NCBI GenBank assembly: GCA_964016885.1
Contig: OZ024757.1
Span: 23,994,001 to 24,058,000, forward strand
Source: Eledone cirrhosa
Lineage: Eukaryota
Direction: 5' to 3'
DNA: 64,000 nucleotides
In this document: piece by piece, positions 60,478-64,000 of the stretch
Position numbering within the stretch: position 1 is the first letter of the stretch
Layout of the letters: the number at the start of each line of letters is the position of its first letter
Notes under the pieces: model-generated
The model's database searches: none
What the model saw: only the letters and a program-made list of their open reading frames with translations
Told to the model about the DNA's origin: nothing
Program-made: the position numbers and the translations under genes

Positions 60478-60490
60478 ATATATACACGTG

Positions 60491-60521
<31 letters not shown>

Positions 60522-60533
60522 ATATATATACAC

Positions 60534-60571
<38 letters not shown>

Positions 60572-60591
60572 ATGTATGTATATATATACAC

Positions 60592-60657
<66 letters not shown>

Positions 60658-60672
60658 ATATATATACACGTG

Positions 60673-60705
<33 letters not shown>

Positions 60706-60720
60706 ATATATATACACGTG

Positions 60721-60755
<35 letters not shown>

Positions 60756-60765
60756 ATATATACAC

Positions 60766-60799
<34 letters not shown>

Positions 60800-60819
60800 A
60801 TGTATGTATATATATACAC

Positions 60820-60859
<40 letters not shown>

Positions 60860-60885
60860 ATATATACATGAATATATATATATAT

Positions 60886-62260
60886 GAATGACCCACTTCC
60901 TTGAGAGTAACAATATGCTGAACTCCAACCAGCATGGATTCCGTAATGGAAGGGATTGCCTGACGCAACTACTGCATCACTTTGATGACATTTTGAGAGC
61001 CTTGGGAGAGGGTTCCAACACTGATGTTATCTACCTTGATTTCAGCAAGGCCTTTGACAGGGTTGATCATAACATTCTACTGAGAAAGCTGTCCAATATT
61101 GGTGTCACTGGAAAGCTGCTGCAGTGGATCAAGAGCTTCCTGTCAAACAGAACCCAACATGTTGTAGTTGAGGGAGTCAAATCAAGCCCAGCCAAAGTCA
61201 GTAGTGGAGTCCCACAAGGCACTGTGTTGGGCCCACTTCTCTTCATCATCTATATTAATGACATCACTGACATCATCAAACACAGCAACATTAAAATTTT
61301 CGCTGATGATTCCAAGCTCCAAAAGGTCATCAATGGCGTGGATGACCGGATAAGCCTTCAGTCAGACCTACTGGCTGTTACCCAATGGGCAGAAAAGAAC
61401 AACATGTTACTGAACGAAGACAAATTCGAACTGATCCACTTTGGAAAAGAGGAGGCTCTGAAACTCCCGTACTCCCTTCCCTCCGGGGAAACTCTCGTGG
61501 CATCTAACAACATCAGAGACTTGGGAGTAACCGTGGACAGCAACATAAGCTGGACCACGCATATAAGCAGCAAAGTTGACATGGCCCGCAGAATGTGTTC
61601 CTGGATCCTCAGAACCTTCCAGTCGAGAGATTCCCGCACCATTATCCTTCTCTTCTCTACTTTCGCCCGACCACACCTTGAATACTGTTGTCCACTGTGG
61701 TCTCCCCACACGAAACAAAGTATCATGAAACTTGAAGCTCCTCAAAGGGCAATCACGAAAAAGATAGATGGCATGTCAGACCTTGACTACTGGGGTCGAT
61801 TGGAAAACCTGAAACTTTACTCACTCCAACGTCGCCGTGAGCGTTATATTATCTGCATGATGTGGAAAATGTTCCATCATCACTGCCCAAATGATGTTGG
61901 CATCGCCTTCAAGATACACCCAAGGCTTGGGCCCCGTGCTATCCGTCCCATTCAAAAATCTAAATCGCAACTCATAACAACAATACGGCACAATTATTTC
62001 ACCTCAATCGGCCCTGCTCTCTTCAACATCACACCAGGACACGTCAAAACAGAAACTGACCACACAAAATTCAAGAAGTCTTTGGACAAATTCCTCCAAG
62101 TAATCCCGGACAAACCACCCACACCCGGATATGTCTCCGCAAACAGTAATTCTCTTCTCGAATGGGCCATGGTGCCCAAATCCTGAATTGAAAGACTTCG
62201 CCAGGTGGTGCTATTAAGTTAGACATGGCCTGGGCCAATACTGGCCAAAACATTTCAAAG

Positions 62261-62262
<2 letters not shown>
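60886..62262 (+). mobile_element. 5'-truncated LINE (CR1/Jockey-group RT), uninterrupted 432-aa ORF
   Basis: QHGFR..YLDFSKAFDRV..SGVPQGTVLGPLLF..FADDSK..RDLGV..LEYCCPLWSP; (TA)n on both flanks. Confidence 0.93.
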
Positions 62263-62311
<49 letters not shown>

Positions 62312-62733
62312 ATGGCGTATGGTTTAATGATTAGAAACTTGGGCTTACAATCGCGAAGTTGTGAGTTCGATCTTCGGGTGATGCGTTGTGTCCTTGATCA
62401 AGGCACTTTATTTCAGGCTGCTCCAGTTTACTCAGATGTAGAAATGAGTTGTTACGTCACTGGTGTCAAGATGTAACGGCCATTGCCTTCCTCGTTGACA
62501 ACATCGATGGCGTGTAGAGGGAGATCGGCATGTATGGACTTGTACATCGGAAGAGAACTTTCTAGATACAAATCCCCTGTTCATTCGTGACCGAAGGGTG
62601 TCTTAACCCTTTTTACACATATATACATGTATATATACTTATATATATATATATACATATAAGTCGAATTATATATAAATATATATATATATGTATATAT
62701 ATATGTATGTATATATTTATATATGTATATATG

Positions 62734-62778
<45 letters not shown>

Positions 62779-62798
62779 GTATATATATATGTATGTAT

Positions 62799-62867
<69 letters not shown>

Positions 62868-62882
62868 GTATATATATATATG

Positions 62883-62915
<33 letters not shown>

Positions 62916-62918
62916 GTA

Positions 62919-62963
<45 letters not shown>

Positions 62964-62964
62964 G

Positions 62965-62995
<31 letters not shown>

Positions 62996-62998
62996 GTA

Positions 62999-63245
<247 letters not shown>

Positions 63246-63303
63246 GTATATATATATGTATATATATATATATGTATATATGTATATATATATGTATATA
63301 TAT

Positions 63304-63446
<143 letters not shown>

Positions 63447-63451
63447 TGTAT

Positions 63452-63491
<40 letters not shown>

Positions 63492-63622
63492 GTATATATA
63501 TATATGTATATATATATATATGTATATGTATATATATATATATGTATATATATATATGTATATATATATATGTATATATATATATATGTATATGTATATA
63601 TATATATATGTATATATATATG

Positions 63623-63653
<31 letters not shown>

Positions 63654-63666
63654 GTATATATATATG

Positions 63667-63697
<31 letters not shown>

Positions 63698-63710
63698 GTA
63701 TATATATATG

Positions 63711-63761
<51 letters not shown>

Positions 63762-63876
63762 GTATATATATGTATATATATATGTATATATATATGTATA
63801 TATATATGTATATATATATGTGTATATATATATATGTATATATATATGTATATATATATATATGTATATATATATG

Positions 63877-63907
<31 letters not shown>

Positions 63908-64000
63908 GTATATATATATATGTATATATATATATGTATATATATATGTATATATATATGTATATATATATATGTATATATATATATGTATATATATATA

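Overview
AT-rich, microsatellite-saturated animal DNA; the SINE families, (TA)n load and gene style point to an octopod cephalopod (inference). One 200-N gap lies at 20323-20522. Host content is a minus-strand cytoplasmic intermediate-filament (IF) gene with long coil 1b and a lamin-tail domain but no CaaX: exons 2-11 lie at 53421->23371, all with GT-AG ends and compatible phases. A lone IF first exon lies downstream at 7724->7267 and is either a tandem paralog or the same gene's exon 1 misplaced across the gap. The rest is retroelement debris: RLE-type R4/Dong- and CRE-like, RTE-like, Tx1-like and CR1/Jockey-group LINE fragments, two tRNA-derived SINE families, MITEs and minisatellites. The main unexplained signal is about 19 minimal type-I hammerhead ribozyme (HHR) motifs from about 8 unrelated sequence families. 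Most sit in asymmetric palindromes inserted into (TA)n tracts, and three belong to a truncated Penelope-like element (RT thumb plus GIY-YIG) at 13017-16970. All calls were made by eye; no folding or database searches were run.
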